Shown here piece by piece: positions 36,626 through 48,569 of a stretch of 64,000 nucleotides of DNA. This DNA comes from Camelus ferus (Eukaryota): positions 2,606,001 to 2,670,000 of the forward strand of contig NC_045697.1 of assembly GCF_009834535.1 (NCBI RefSeq). The letters are read 5' to 3'. A model generated the notes under the pieces. That model did not search any database. It was given only the letters and a program-made list of their open reading frames with translations, and was not told the origin of the DNA. The translations under genes and the position numbers were made by a program. The stretch's first letter is position 1. Each line of letters begins with the position of its first letter.

Positions 36626-37599
36626 TTATTTTTGCGAAGGTAACACAGAGACATCATGCAGAGTCCCAAAGGGCAGCAGGGAGGAGTGGTCTGCCCTCTG
36701 CCCGCCTGCAGCAGACCGTCGGGTTTCCCGCATGCCAGCCTCTGGGACGATGCTCGCCTCCTCCCGGGCCCGTGTCCATGTCCATCCAGTCATTTCAGAC
36801 ACGAGTATAAGCCCCCCCCCCAACAGTGTCCTCTGCTCACTGATCTGCTCTGAGCCTTTCTGTCCTCGTGAACCACGTGTGCATGTGCGTGTGCGTGTGT
36901 GCTGGTGACTCCCGCTCCTGTGTGCCTGAGGGGCACCACAGGACGAGACACAGAGCCCAGCATGGACACATGTCAGCCCAGTGCCTCCTGGACCCCTCCC
37001 GGCTCCTCCCAGGCCCCCAGCCTTCTCTGCACCGGGCCTGGGTGCCCAGCAAGGCCTGGGGCGGGGAGGGGCCTGGGGGCGGGGACTGATGTTCTAGCAG
37101 CACCAAGCTGGTTGCCCTTTGTTCCAGGCACAATTTCTACACAGTGGGGGCAGAAGAGCCCTGGTCAGACTTGTTGCAGCACCAAGAAGGTCAGCGAGCA
37201 TTAAGTGAGCACCTACTACGCGCAGGATGGACAGAAAACGCAGCCTCCGGGTGCAGCCCCCAGCCCCACCCCATCACTGGCATGGGCCTGGATATGTCGT
37301 GACTCCTCCCTGGTCCCCAGGGCAGCAGCAGGAGAGTCTCTGAGCCCCTCAGCTGTGGGAGGGAGACTCTGTGAAAGTATGCAGGCCTGAGAACAGACAG
37401 GTGGGGTGAGGGGCACTCCGTCCTACTCAACCGATGGGCAGGGAGGGGCGAACGTGGGGCCCTGGAGGTGAGGCCCCTGACGACACAGGGAGCATCGGAA
37501 CAAGCTGTGAACACCTTCAACCAGCCGGGAGCCGCGCTGAGTGCCTCGGGGACTGCTTGTTTAATTAATTGCAAAGCTTGGGTTTTTAAACAAAAAGAT

Positions 37600-38100
37600 T
37601 AATGCAGTCGCTTTGGAAAACAGAGTTACCGCACAACCCAGCAGACTCAAGAGAAATGCAACATACATCTACCCAGAAGCTTGTACACGACTAGTTACAA
37701 CAGCTTCGCTGACCAGAGCCAACACGCAGAAGTGATCCAAATGCCCACCCACGGGTGCCCGGGCCCGCGGGAGCTGGTCCGTCCGCTCGGGGACTTCTCT
37801 GGGGCCACAGAAAGGAGCGGGGTCCTGACGTTTGCTGCAACGTGGGTGAGCCTCAAAAGCATGGTGCTCAGTGAAAGAAACCGATCACAAAAGGCCACAT
37901 GTACGCGATTCGTGCCCATGAGGTTCCACAACACGGAACCCTCCAGAGACAGAGAGCAGCTCAGGGCTTGCTGGGCTGGGAGGAGGGGGTGGTGACAGTT
38001 AACGGACAGGGGCTTTCCTTCCGAGGCGATGAGAATGTTCTGAAATGCACCTGTTTGTGAAGAGACTACAAACGCCTAATTTGTATGCTTTAAAAAGGAC
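37600..38100 (+). mobile_element. L1MB-type ORF2 end/3'UTR, partly GC-shifted
   Basis: tgctgcaacgtgggtgagcctcaaaagcatggtgctcagtgaaagaaaccgatcacaaaaggccaca...gatgagaatgttctgaaat. Confidence 0.8.
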
Positions 38101-39114
38101 ATTGTCTTCGTCCCATTTTCCAGGTAAGTAAGTAAAGGCACAGACAGGTGATGGTGACTTGCGCAGTCCACGAGGCTGAGGGACGCGGAGCTGGGATGGC
38201 TCCCCAGTGGGAGGAGCATGGAGCTGGTTAAGGAGCAAGTTCCCAGGGCCAGTGTGGGGTGTGTGGAGTGAGGGAGGCAGGCGGGGTCCAGAGGGAAGGG
38301 CAAGAGCCCTGTGGGGCCCTCTCCTCTCCCACCTGCAGGGCCCTGGGCCCTGGGCCCCCACCCCAGCTTCAGAGTCTCCCCAGAACTGTGGCCCTGACCA
38401 TCCTCACAGCCCAGATTCCAGCACCAAGTCTGGATAACCAACACATCCTGGCAAAACAAACAAGCCAGTGAACATGAGGGATGGCCAGGTGTCCACACAA
38501 CTCTGTATCCAGCTGAGATGCTGCTGACCATGAAAGTGATGCTGTTAATTCTGCTGGGATGACGTCGAACAACCAGGACTGTGCTGAGAAGACTGAGCTG
38601 TATGATCAGTCAGGGAATGAAAGGAGAGGGGACTTGGCCGCAGCAATCCTGGAGGTCTTCCTGCTGGAGGAGGCACTTGACTTGGGGCCAGTCCAAGTCA
38701 CCACCTTAAAAAGAGGGAACAGGGAGAAGACATGTGACACTAAGAAGGTCATCACTTGTCCCCATGCCTCTCAAGTTGCCATCTGTGTGTAGCCACTTCC
38801 GGCACCTCCCCTCCACCCACCGTGGCCCTTAGAGGGAGGTGATGAGATAAAACCTGAGTGTATGGACTCTGGCCTGGGAAGAAAGGGCGCCAGTCAGAGA
38901 GGACATCACAGAAGTGATCCTCTGCCCCCTCCCCCCACCCAAGGTTGTTCAAGTCAGCCATTGATTTTTTAAATTGGATTTTAAATGGTTTAGAAAAAAA
39001 TGTTTCCTTTCCTTCATCTAGAAAGTGTTTGCGCTGACAGCATGGAGGACAGTGGAGGGGGCAGGGGTGCGTGGATTTGCACAGGCTACTGTCTCTGTGA
39101 GCAAAGGAGATGCC

Positions 39115-39395
39115 TCCCTGTGTGAGCACACGGTATGCACGTGTGTTTGCATGTATGTGTGTAGGTGCATGGTGTGTGAGTGCACATGTTTGCGCACACA
39201 TGTGCCTATGTGAAGTGTGCATGCGTGTGCACACAGGAGTCTGCATATTGTGTGTATGTGTGTGCATTGTGCTGGGTGTGTGTGTACAGGTATGTGTGTA
39301 TCCAAGTGTTCATACGTGTGCACATGTGCGTATAAGTGTGTGCGGGCATGCGCGTGATATAGAGAGAGAACTAAACACGTGGCCTCACGTGTGGT
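39115..39395. repeat. Degenerate (TG/CA/TA) alternating purine-pyrimidine tract
   Basis: gtatgcacgtgtgtttgcatgtatgtgtgt... Confidence 0.85.
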
Positions 39396-39749
39396 GGTGA
39401 ACACTGCTTCAGAAAGCGTGAATGAACGGCCTCTGTACTTCAGCGCAGTTGGCTGGGTGTGTTGGGTTGGTTTTGTTGTCGTTCTGGCCGTGGGACAGGT
39501 GCCTGCTCAGGTCTGAGGCTGCTGCCAACAGCGCTTTCCTCCATGGGTTTGGGGGAGTCATTTCACGGAGGACAGGAGGGCACAGCTGGCTCCGAGGAAC
39601 CTGGCCCTCCGGACACACGGGTGGGACCGGGGAGGGGCTGGTCCAGGGCCGCGCAATGCATCACACGTCAGGCGAGCAGGGCTGGAAACTGACAAGCAGC
39701 ACCTCTCCCTATTGTCCGTGCTTAGGAAAATGGGCCACTATTGGGGTAG

Positions 39750-39925
39750 GAGAGTGAATATCATCTCTTAATTAAGGGAATTTCCCCCTGTTAATGTGAT
39801 TTACGGAGAGAAATTATAGAATATGTTGAAAGTAAAGCCTGAGAAGATAAGGAAGGAAGGAAGATGACGGCTGATAAACTTTAAAACCTCCCCTTACAAC
39901 ACGGAGAGGAAACGGTTAACCTACG
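39750..39925. promoter_or_regulatory. Candidate enhancer island
   Basis: CTTAATTAAG (39767-39776), GGGAATTTCC (39776-39785), TGATTTACGG (39797-39806), AGATAAG and TGATAA. Confidence 0.45.
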
Positions 39926-40642
39926 TGATCCTCTGGGCGGAAGTGCGCCACATAGTGGTCACACGGAGGAATGCAGGCCAGAGGCGCAGGGCAGAACCCC
40001 TTACACAAAGAAGCAGGTGTCCTGGCAGAGGGCTCTGAAAGCACAGAAAAGCAGGGAGAAGACACTCCAGCAGAATTCCCCGACTTGTTTTCCTCTTAAT
40101 TCTCTCTTCCTCTGTGTGTGTGTTTGTGTGTGTGTGTGCTTTGCAGAGACATGCAGATACAGCCAAGAATTGGTGGGGGGTGGTGCAGAGACAGAGGCAG
40201 AGACAGACGAGGGAAGAGGGTTCCGTGGCCTTTCCGCCTGCGGACATCCTCCCTCGCCCTCACACACCAGGAACCTCGCACACAGTGGGAGGAGAATAGA
40301 CTATTTCCCCACCCCATTCACGTCCAGGCTCCACCGCGAGATGCCGTGTGGCCCTGGGCTCCCTGCATCACCTCTGAGCCTCAGTTTCCCCCAGTGACAC
40401 AAGAGCCTCCACCTGCAGAGTTTTCATGAGAAGCAGACAAGGCAGCACCTGGACAGTGCCCAGCAGACTGAGAGGATGGGAGTGTGGCTGCTCTGGAAAA
40501 GTAACTAGAGGGTCACTAGGTGTGATTCGCCATGCTGACCTCCAGTCCATGTTTCTCTGGACCTCTCTGTGGCATGGGACACTGGAGACTGCTCCCACTG
40601 CTGACACACCCTTCCTCTGTCTCTTGACATCCAGTTCTCTCC

Positions 40643-40851
40643 CCTCCTCCATCACCTCCCTTCCCCATCACCTCCCTTCCTCCACCATCTCCCTTCCCCA
40701 TCACCTCCCCTCCCCATCACCTCCCTTCCCCATCACCTCCCTTCCTCCCCCATCTCCCTTCCCCATCACCTCCCCTCCCCATCACCTCCCTCCCCCATCA
40801 CCTCCCCTCCTCCATCACCTCCCTTCCTCATCACCTCCCTTCTCCATTTCC
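40643..40851. repeat. ~16-17 bp minisatellite (CCCATCACCTCCCTTCC)n inside an L2 remnant
   Basis: About a dozen imperfect copies of ccatcacctccc[t/c]tcc. Flanks resemble L2 (tgtctccagtccagacctctctctgggactccaga). Confidence 0.85.
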
Positions 40852-42847
40852 CCAGCAGGTTCATCCCCATCTGCCCACTGCAGCTCCTCCTCCTCTAGGC
40901 TCTGTTCCCAACTTTCTGATTTTCTCACCCTGTACCCCATCCAGGGGATTCCTCCTCACCCGTGACTCAGCTGCCACCCCATGTTGGTGGTTCCAAGCCT
41001 GTGTCTCCAGTCCAGACCTCTCTCTGGGACTCCAGATGCCTACACTTCACTGACTACAAGTGTTCTGTGTCAGAGGCCCTGCCCACTCACCCCCAGCCCA
41101 AGTCCCCTCCCACCTGCCAAATCCACTTCTCTAGTCCCACCTCCTCTGGGCCCCCCCATCACCCCATATAACCCTTGGCCCACTCACTGAAGACTGACTC
41201 AGAGAGAGGCTGGCCACTTCCCCGCAGCCCTCTGTTACACCTGGAATGGGAACGGGGAGGAGGAGGTACTTGGGAACCCAAACCCACCTTGAACACACTG
41301 TCAGTTGATGGTGGGGGACACTGGCCCAGATGCGGCAGCGACTGGACCAAGCTCACCCAGGACCGGGCCCCGGCTGAGCACCCCCCCCCCCAACTGCGAG
41401 CGTGGCCGATTGTCTCCGTGGGTTCGGGGAGGACTCGGCACTTCCATGTGAGCTGCTGGATCAGAGATGATTTCCGTTTTTTACGTACATTGTGTTAGCA
41501 AAGCAATTTTCTCTTCTCTCAGCTCAGCTTTGGGTGTGAAATCATGCCTTTGTTGTTAATACTTCTAAATACAATAATCCCCTAAATTCAGAATCACTGA
41601 TGAGAAGAACACGATAAACTGGACAGAGCCACGTGAGGCCCGGCCTTCACCTTGCTTGCACCTCCAGAAGGCCTGGGAGCCACCAGCGGGCGCCCCGTGG
41701 GTCCGAGGGCTGGTGGGTGCCCTGCCCACGTCACAGGCCTGGCAGGAAGAACTGAGGACCCAGACCCAGGCCGCCTCCTCCACAGCCCAGGCCCACCCCT
41801 CCACGCCGCCTTCCAGCAAGGCCCTTTCCTGTCCTCAGAGAGCGGGGGGCCTCTCTTACTGAAGAGTCCCCGAGTCCCCAGACTTCCAGGGGAAGGAAAA
41901 GAATCAGACCCTTTTGGAGGGGGCTTCCAAGCAAGACTGGGACCCTTCCCAAACTCAGCTCTCCGCAGCAACTCCTTGCAGAGCGAGTCCACGGCTGGTT
42001 ACCTCCCTTTGAACCACAGGAGCCGAGCGCAGGGCAGAGCCTTAGGCTCCGCCTGGAATCACGGTGACTGGAACCCCACGTGGTGGTGAAACGTACACAG
42101 AGCCGCAGTCCCGATCCACCTGGGGCCTCTCAGGCACCCCCGTGGCCCTTCCACGCCCTTCTCGGTTAATCCGCACAGCAGCCCCCATGTGGGTAACTTT
42201 GTCCTACAGATGGAGGCAGAGAACTGAGGCCCCGAGAAGGACAGGCCTTGTGGAAGGAGGGGGACGGGGTGGGACCCATCTTTCTCAACTGCGCTCTCTG
42301 GTTGGTCTCCCCATCTGCCTCCTACTCACCAGCCTGCAGCCTGCTCACGCGGGGGCCCCTGGCTGCCCCGCCACCCACCCCACCTCCTCTCGAGCCCCGC
42401 AGTCCACCCCCGGGTTCTAACTCCTCTCTGCTCCTGAATGGGCCATCTCATCCCTGAAGTGTGTCCCCGTCTAGCCACCACTGTCTCTGTTCCTCAATCT
42501 GCTCCCTGTTATCTGAGAATCCATCACCCACCCCCATCCAGTCCCCACCCCTGCTCCACACCGGCAGTGTTACCACCACACATGGCACCCCGGTCCCCCT
42601 GGCATGGGTGGCTCTGTACTGTGATTCTCCAACTGGCTGCATGTCACCATCTCCATCTCCACTTGTCTCCACTCTCGGGGTCCCAGAATGGGGCAGCCTG
42701 AGCATGGCTAAGAGGTCCCCAGCCTCACACAGAATGGGGGGACCACAGCACTCCCAGGCATGACACCTTCGCTCTGCTCTCCCATCTGGAAGGCAGACAG
42801 CTCAGGGACATGAGTCGGGGTCCTGGCACCATAGGGTGCTGGCTCCT

Positions 42848-43293
42848 AGAGGTGGCCCAAATACTGTCCCCAAACATATTTCTACATCCTGATCCCCCAA
42901 AGCTGTAGTGTAACTTCCTTTGGAAAAAGTCTTTGCAGATGGGATTGAGTTAAGGACCATGCCTTGGGGAGCACACCCTGGATAATGCAGGTGGCCCTAA
43001 ATCCAATGACAGGTGTCCTTGTAGGAGGGAAGCAGGGGGAGAGTTGACCACACACACGGAGAGGACAGCGACGTGAAGATGGAGACAGAGATTGGAGCAA
43101 TGTAATTGCACGCCCTGGGGCACCTGGAGTCCCCAAAGCTGGAAGAGGCAGGAAGGATCCTCCCTGGAGCCTCAGCCCTGCCAGCGCCTTGATCTTGGAC
43201 TCCTGGCCTCCAGACTGTGAAGGACTAAGTCTCTGTTGTTTTAAGGGACCCAGCCTGTGGAATGTTGTTGCGGCAGCCCTCAGAAATCAACTC
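42848..43293 (+). mobile_element. MLT1C/D-like solo LTR
   Basis: gtctttgcagatgggattgagttaagga...ggtggccctaaatccaatgacaggtgtcctt...agctggaagaggcaggaaggatcctcc. Confidence 0.88.
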
Positions 43294-43479
43294 CTACCCT
43301 TTCACAAAGAGCTGCCAAGTGCAGAGAAATACTGGGTGAACTGAGCAGGGGGCCTGGTGTGTGCATGGCTATGGCTGTGGTGTGATCAGAGCACAGCTGC
43401 GGGCGAGAGGCAGAGGCTTCCTCCCGATCTCTGTACTATTACAGTCAACACCCATCATGGCTACACACGTACAGAGCTG

Positions 43480-43620
43480 AGCTTCTCATGGACATTTTCT
43501 GTCTGATCCTCACAACAACCCTGCAAAGCAAGGGGCATTGTTGGCTCCATTTGACAGATAGGAAAACTGAGGCTAGAAAGGGGAAGTGGATCATGCAGAG
43601 CTGCCCGCCTTGTTCCCAGG
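43480..43620 (-). mobile_element. MIR
   Basis: atcctcacaacaaccctg...tccatttgacagataggaaaactgaggct. Confidence 0.75.
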
Positions 43621-43889
43621 GGTGTGGAGGAGATAGGTGGGGCATGGGCAGCCGTTTTGGGTCCATGAGTAGAGAGAGGGTGGGTGTAGCTTGGATCACA
43701 GAATGGAAGGATCAGAAGGACTGGATCCCTCCGACAGCATGGGGTAAACTAGCCAACCCTGAGACCGTCCACCTGGCTAACCTGCAGAAGCCCTGCGCAG
43801 GAAACAAGACATGTCCTACAATTTACTACATGTTACTAGGTGGGTGTGTTTTCCGTGTGGCTGCTATCTTTGCTTTTAAGGTCTTTGTT

Positions 43890-44055
43890 TAATGATGATA
43901 CCAGGAATAACTTGCTACAAGAGCGCGATCATGTGCACCCAGCACAGCCAGCTCCATCACTTGCTGTGGCTGACCTCACCACAGCTCTCCAAGAAAGGAG
44001 TGGCTGTGGTTACCCCCATTTTACAGTTGAAGAAACTGAGGCTCAGAGTGGTTCT
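43890..44055 (-). mobile_element. MIR
   Basis: ccccattttacagttgaagaaactgaggctcagag. Confidence 0.8.
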
Positions 44056-44111
44056 GTGGGGCAGTGAGTGTGTTTTTTGAGTGCTACGGTGTGCCAGATG
44101 CTGTGGGTGAT

Positions 44112-44415
44112 TGTATCAGTTGGCTCAGGCTTAAACAACTGGTATTTACTCCTCACAGTTCTGGAGGCTGGGCGTTTGGGATCAGGTGCTGGTTGCCTGA
44201 GCTCCCAGTGAGAGCCCCCTTCCCGGCAGGCAGACGGCCACCTGCTTGCCGCACGCTCACAAGCAGGAAAGAGAACCGGTGTCTCTTCTCGTAAGGGCAC
44301 TGATCCTGTCACAGGGGCTCCACCCTCATGACCTCATCTACACCTGACCTACCAAAGGCCCCGACTCCAAACATCACCACACGAGGGTTAGGGCTTCCAC
44401 GCATGAAATTTGGCA
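44112..44415 (-). mobile_element. MLT1A-like solo LTR
   Basis: ggcttaaacaac...tcacagttctggaggctggg...gggctccaccctcatgacctcatcta. Confidence 0.85.
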
Positions 44416-44697
44416 GTGACGCGGTGGATGCAGAGGTGAGCAAGGGGGACAAGGGCCCTCATCAGTGGATTGACATCCAGGAGGCTTCCTACAGAGAGAA
44501 AGCAGTTGAGCCGAGATTCCTAGTCTCATTCCAAGTTTCTGTTTCTTCTCATGACACCACATTGTCACCCCACATGACTCTCAGATCACTACCTTGTTTC
44601 ACAGGAGGGGAGAGGAGCAGAGAAAGGCTTATTGTTCCCTTTATGTAGATGAGAACATCTTACCGGCTTCTATAGAACCAGAGCAAGGTGGGGTGGG

Positions 44698-44905
44698 ATC
44701 CATCCATCCCCGTCCATCTACTCACCCATCCACCCAACTACCCATCCATCCACCTACCCACCCATCCATCCACCCATCCATCTATTCACTTATCCATCCA
44801 CCCACCCACCCACCCATCCATCCATCCATCCATACACCCATCCATCCATCCCCTATTCATCCATTCATTCATCTATACATCCATCCATCCACTGATCATC
44901 CATGG
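44698..44905. repeat. (TCCA)n degenerate microsatellite
   Basis: atccatccatcc/cacccatcc run of about 200 bp. Confidence 0.9.
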
Positions 44906-45916
44906 ATTTATTTGACAAAGATTCCTTGAACAACTCCCAAGGCCAAGACCCATTCCCGCCTTCACCAGGTTAGTACCCACCCTCAAAATCTCCATTTGCT
45001 GCTCTGCTAAGCCCTGGGCGTAAGGTCCTCCCACAGGACATCATGCTGCCGGGGGCCACAGTAACCATGCTGCAGGCCTGCAGAGCCACCTGGAAACCTT
45101 CCATCTGGTGGCACCTTTGTCTCCATCCCACAGCAAAATTTCCAACCTCCAGGGGTCTCCCAGGACCCCTCTCACCCAGGGGGCCAGGTGAGCAGGGGTA
45201 CTAGCGCCAAGGACGGGAGACGTGCCTTTCCTTCCTGCCCGCTGCTCCGTCTGCTGGGACCTGACATTGATCTTCCATAAAGGGGGAGGCCCGGCCAAAC
45301 TCAAAATGGAAAACAGACCCTGGGCAGCTAGAGAACGGGCGGCCCAGACAGCCCGGGATCAAAGCAGGCTGGGCTGTCCAGCAGCCTCAGCACGGTGTCT
45401 GGTTGTCAAATTTGCACTTGGCAGTGTCTCTCTGCTCCCTCTCCTGGAGGGAAGGATGAGCCAACAAGCCCTCTGTCACAGAGGGGCTCGAAATATGCCC
45501 CCAGCCCGCCGTTCTGCTGCCTGCAGCATGGGCGCTGCTGCTGGGACCCTGTCCTCTGAGTGTCACGCCCAGCTTTGTGTTCAGCAGGTGTCACCTGCAC
45601 CGCAGCTCTGGTGAGCGGGTGCTCATTCCTGCCCACGTTTCCACCATCAGGAAGCTATCAGTGGCCACGTGGCTGGTACACTGGCCTAGCTGGGACACAG
45701 ACCTCCAGACCCAGTACCTTTACGGGAACCAGTGCTGCTTCTCAGTGTGACTTTCCGTCCTCCTGTGGTCAGGGTAGGGTGGAGTCAGGCGCTGCGAGAC
45801 TGGGGGTCCTTGTAGGGGAAGGACCCCGTTGGGAGTGGAACTCAGAGAGAGTTCACAGTCTGACCGGAAAGGGAAAGGGAAATTAAGATGGAGAAGGCAG
45901 GACAGCCGGGGGTCTC

Positions 45917-46250
45917 TGCATCGGATAGCTTTTGCTATGAAACAGACCACAGCAGGCGCAGTGACAATGACGGTACGCATGAGGCTTGTGTGGCTGTGCG
46001 GCCTGGGGAGCTCTGCTGGGCTCGGGCAGCCTTGGCTGAGGCGGCCGGGGGCGCCTGCTCCAACCCCCGTGCCTCCGGCCTCAGCAGGCTACCCGGCACC
46101 TGCCGGGGTGAAGGCAGAGCCAGGAGGAAGCAGAAACACACAGGCTTCCGGAGGCCGAGGCTCTGAGCGGGCGCAGTGCCTCCTCCACCTCACTCTGCTG
46201 CTGGGGGTCAGAGGCTGCCCAGAGCCAGCACAGCCGGGTTACACGGCCAA
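45917..46250 (-). mobile_element. Old MLT1 (H/J-type) LTR, GC-shifted
   Basis: atagcttttgctatgaaacagaccac...gaagcagaaacacacaggcttccggaggccgaggctctgag. Confidence 0.5.
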
Positions 46251-47499
46251 GCCTGGGAGAAGAATAGAAGTGAATCCACGGTCTGCAAGCTGCTGGAGCC
46301 TGAAAAGTCCCCAGGGTGGACACCATTGTCCTGGCCACTGCCCAGCTGCAGGCCCCACCGCTGCCCACCCTGCCTTGGCCTGAGACGCCCCGGCACCTCC
46401 CCCCTTACTTCCATCTGGTCAGGTCATCTAAACGCCCGTCACGTCCACCCAGACGGGTCCCTGACCTCTGCAGCGACCCCCGACCCCGCATAGCTGCCCC
46501 GTTTGCCATGGCGGGTTCGCTGCCTGCCCCCCGTGGGACCGGGGCCCCGCAGATACCCCTGACCGGCTGAGTGAGGCTGCAGCGGCGAGAGTGATGGCGG
46601 GGCCTGGAGCCTCACCTTTCTGAGCGCGGCCTCGTCCATTATCGGCCGGGGGCGCTTGTCATCACACTCCGGGTGCAAATCAGAATCAAATGTGGTGCCC
46701 GGGATGGCGAGGATGCTCCATTTCACATTTGCAAAGAATCTGGGAGGGGGCGAAGCTCTCTTCTGTCAACTTGAAAGGGAAAGAGAGGCGGCAAGGAAGG
46801 AACGAAGCTGCGATAATTCTTTAAAACTTTGTTTTTCATTTTCCCCTCCTGGCTCCTTGGGCTCTGAGATAGAGCGGGCCGAATCCCACAAGAAAGACGG
46901 CTCGGTCAGGGCCTAAGCAAAGCCACGTGTCTCTGTAGCTCTTCAGATGTCTTGAAATGTTTTGCAAATGTCCGGGCCCCCAAACTCTCAAGAGTGTTTG
47001 TGGGAGAACGCTTCCCCGCGGAGGCCGAAGGGGGCTATTTTTCAGATCCCAGGCGGCCTCGGCCACATGCCTTTCCTCACGCCCCCTGTTCCAGCCCCGC
47101 GTGGGGATCACAGACATTGACCATTGATTAACAGCCACCGGGCACTTCATTCCTACAACGGAGTCTAGCCCTCCAGCAGAGGAGGGGAGGATGCTCTGAA
47201 CAGTAAAGTGCCCGCCTCCCTGCCCAGTACCCACAGCAGGGCCTGTCCATGGGCCTGTCCGGAGGTCCACCCTCTGTCCAGGGATGGATCCCCTCCAGCC
47301 ACTCCTGACTCTGAGTGGCCCTTCTAGCTCCTGCTGCACACCTCTGAGGACAGGCTGCTCCCTGGCCAGAAGGAGGCTCGTGTTCCCCATGAGGCAGGCT
47401 TGTCTGTGTATTTAGTCTTGTCATCGTGGAAGGACCCTCAGACCATGCAGTCTCCAGGGCATCTTGTGTCCTCCCCGACTTGCACTTGTGCCACTGCAA

Positions 47500-48060
47500 C
47501 AAGAGCGCCCACGGGCTCCTCCTCATCCTCTCTCTGCCCTGGGATGCTGACCTGGAAGGGCGCATCCACTGGCCTGTGTCTTCCAGCGGGACATGGCCAA
47601 TAGGGAGCCTAGCCAATAGGGGGTCAGAGGGAGGGGAAGAGCAAGGGCAGAGTCCTCAGGACCCCGATGCCTCCCTGTGAGGTCACAGGAGCTAGGGAGT
47701 CTGCAACTGAAGCTCTCTGTCCCTTTCTCTCTCTTTCTTTCCCTCCCTCTGTCTCTTTCCTCTCCCCTCCTCCTCCCTCTCCCCACTCTGTCTCTCTTGT
47801 GCTGCAAGAACTGCTCCCTCCCCTTGTCCCATCAGGACTAGAAGAGGTAGCAGCTCAGCTGCTACAAACCCTGGCACTAAACCCTCCCTTGTGGTCCTCC
47901 ACAGCCACACATTTGCCACTAAGCCCCTCTTACGATCCTGCCTTCAATATGCCCTCTGGTCCTGGTGGTCCCTTGATGACACACACATCCCTATATAATG
48001 CTGTGTTAGGGGGTGAGCAGAGAGCCTTGGAGTGGCCAGCCCTGGGGCCCTGACTCAGCT
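47500..48060 (+). mobile_element. LTR33-like (ERVL) LTR
   Basis: ctgccctgggatgctgacctgg...tggccaatagggag...agagggaggggaagag. Confidence 0.5.
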
Positions 48061-48369
48061 GCCACTCTGCTGGAGACAGAGCACACCCATCATACAGATT
48101 CAGGAAACCTGGGGGGACCTGCTGTAAACAAAAGCCAGCGAGGTGCCCTGTACCCATCATCTGCTTTCATCCCCAGGACAGCTAGAAGTTGGGCCTTAGT
48201 GTTTGTTCAGTGCACAAACAAAGGAATGCTTGGATGGGGCAAATTCCAAGCTTTGCCAAGTTACAGCCCAGCAGGTTGAGGGAGGAGGAGTGACCGACTT
48301 GAAGAGTAAACACTGAGCAGGTGAAGGAGTCATGATGGAGAGCAGAGGCTGACCTGGAACACAAAAACA

Positions 48370-48548
48370 GAGCCCAGGGTGCAAATCCTAGCTCTGCCTC
48401 ACCAGCTGTGTGACCTTGGACAGGTGTCTGAATGTCTCTGTGCTTCAGCCTCTTTACCTGCACAACAGAACAGAGAAATTCTATCCAGCCTTCTTTCTGT
48501 GCCAGGGTGTTGTGCAGGTCAAATGAGGAAATGATTTGTAGGTGATAA
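48370..48548 (+). mobile_element. MIR
   Basis: gggtgcaaatcctagctctgcctcaccagctgtgtgaccttggacagg. Confidence 0.8.
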
Positions 48549-48569
48549 AATCCTGCCTGTGAAAATTAC

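Noticed and set aside
40426..40965. 179-aa Pro/Ser/His-rich ORF
   Set aside because: Translation of the C-rich minisatellite.
40643..44905. Periodic repeats considered as a CRISPR-like array
   Set aside because: Units are directly adjacent with no unique spacers, there are no cas genes, and the context is mammalian.
47596..47621. Tandem GCCAATAGGG boxes suggesting a promoter
   Set aside because: They lie in an LTR33-like relic that natively has a CCAAT. There is no other promoter evidence.
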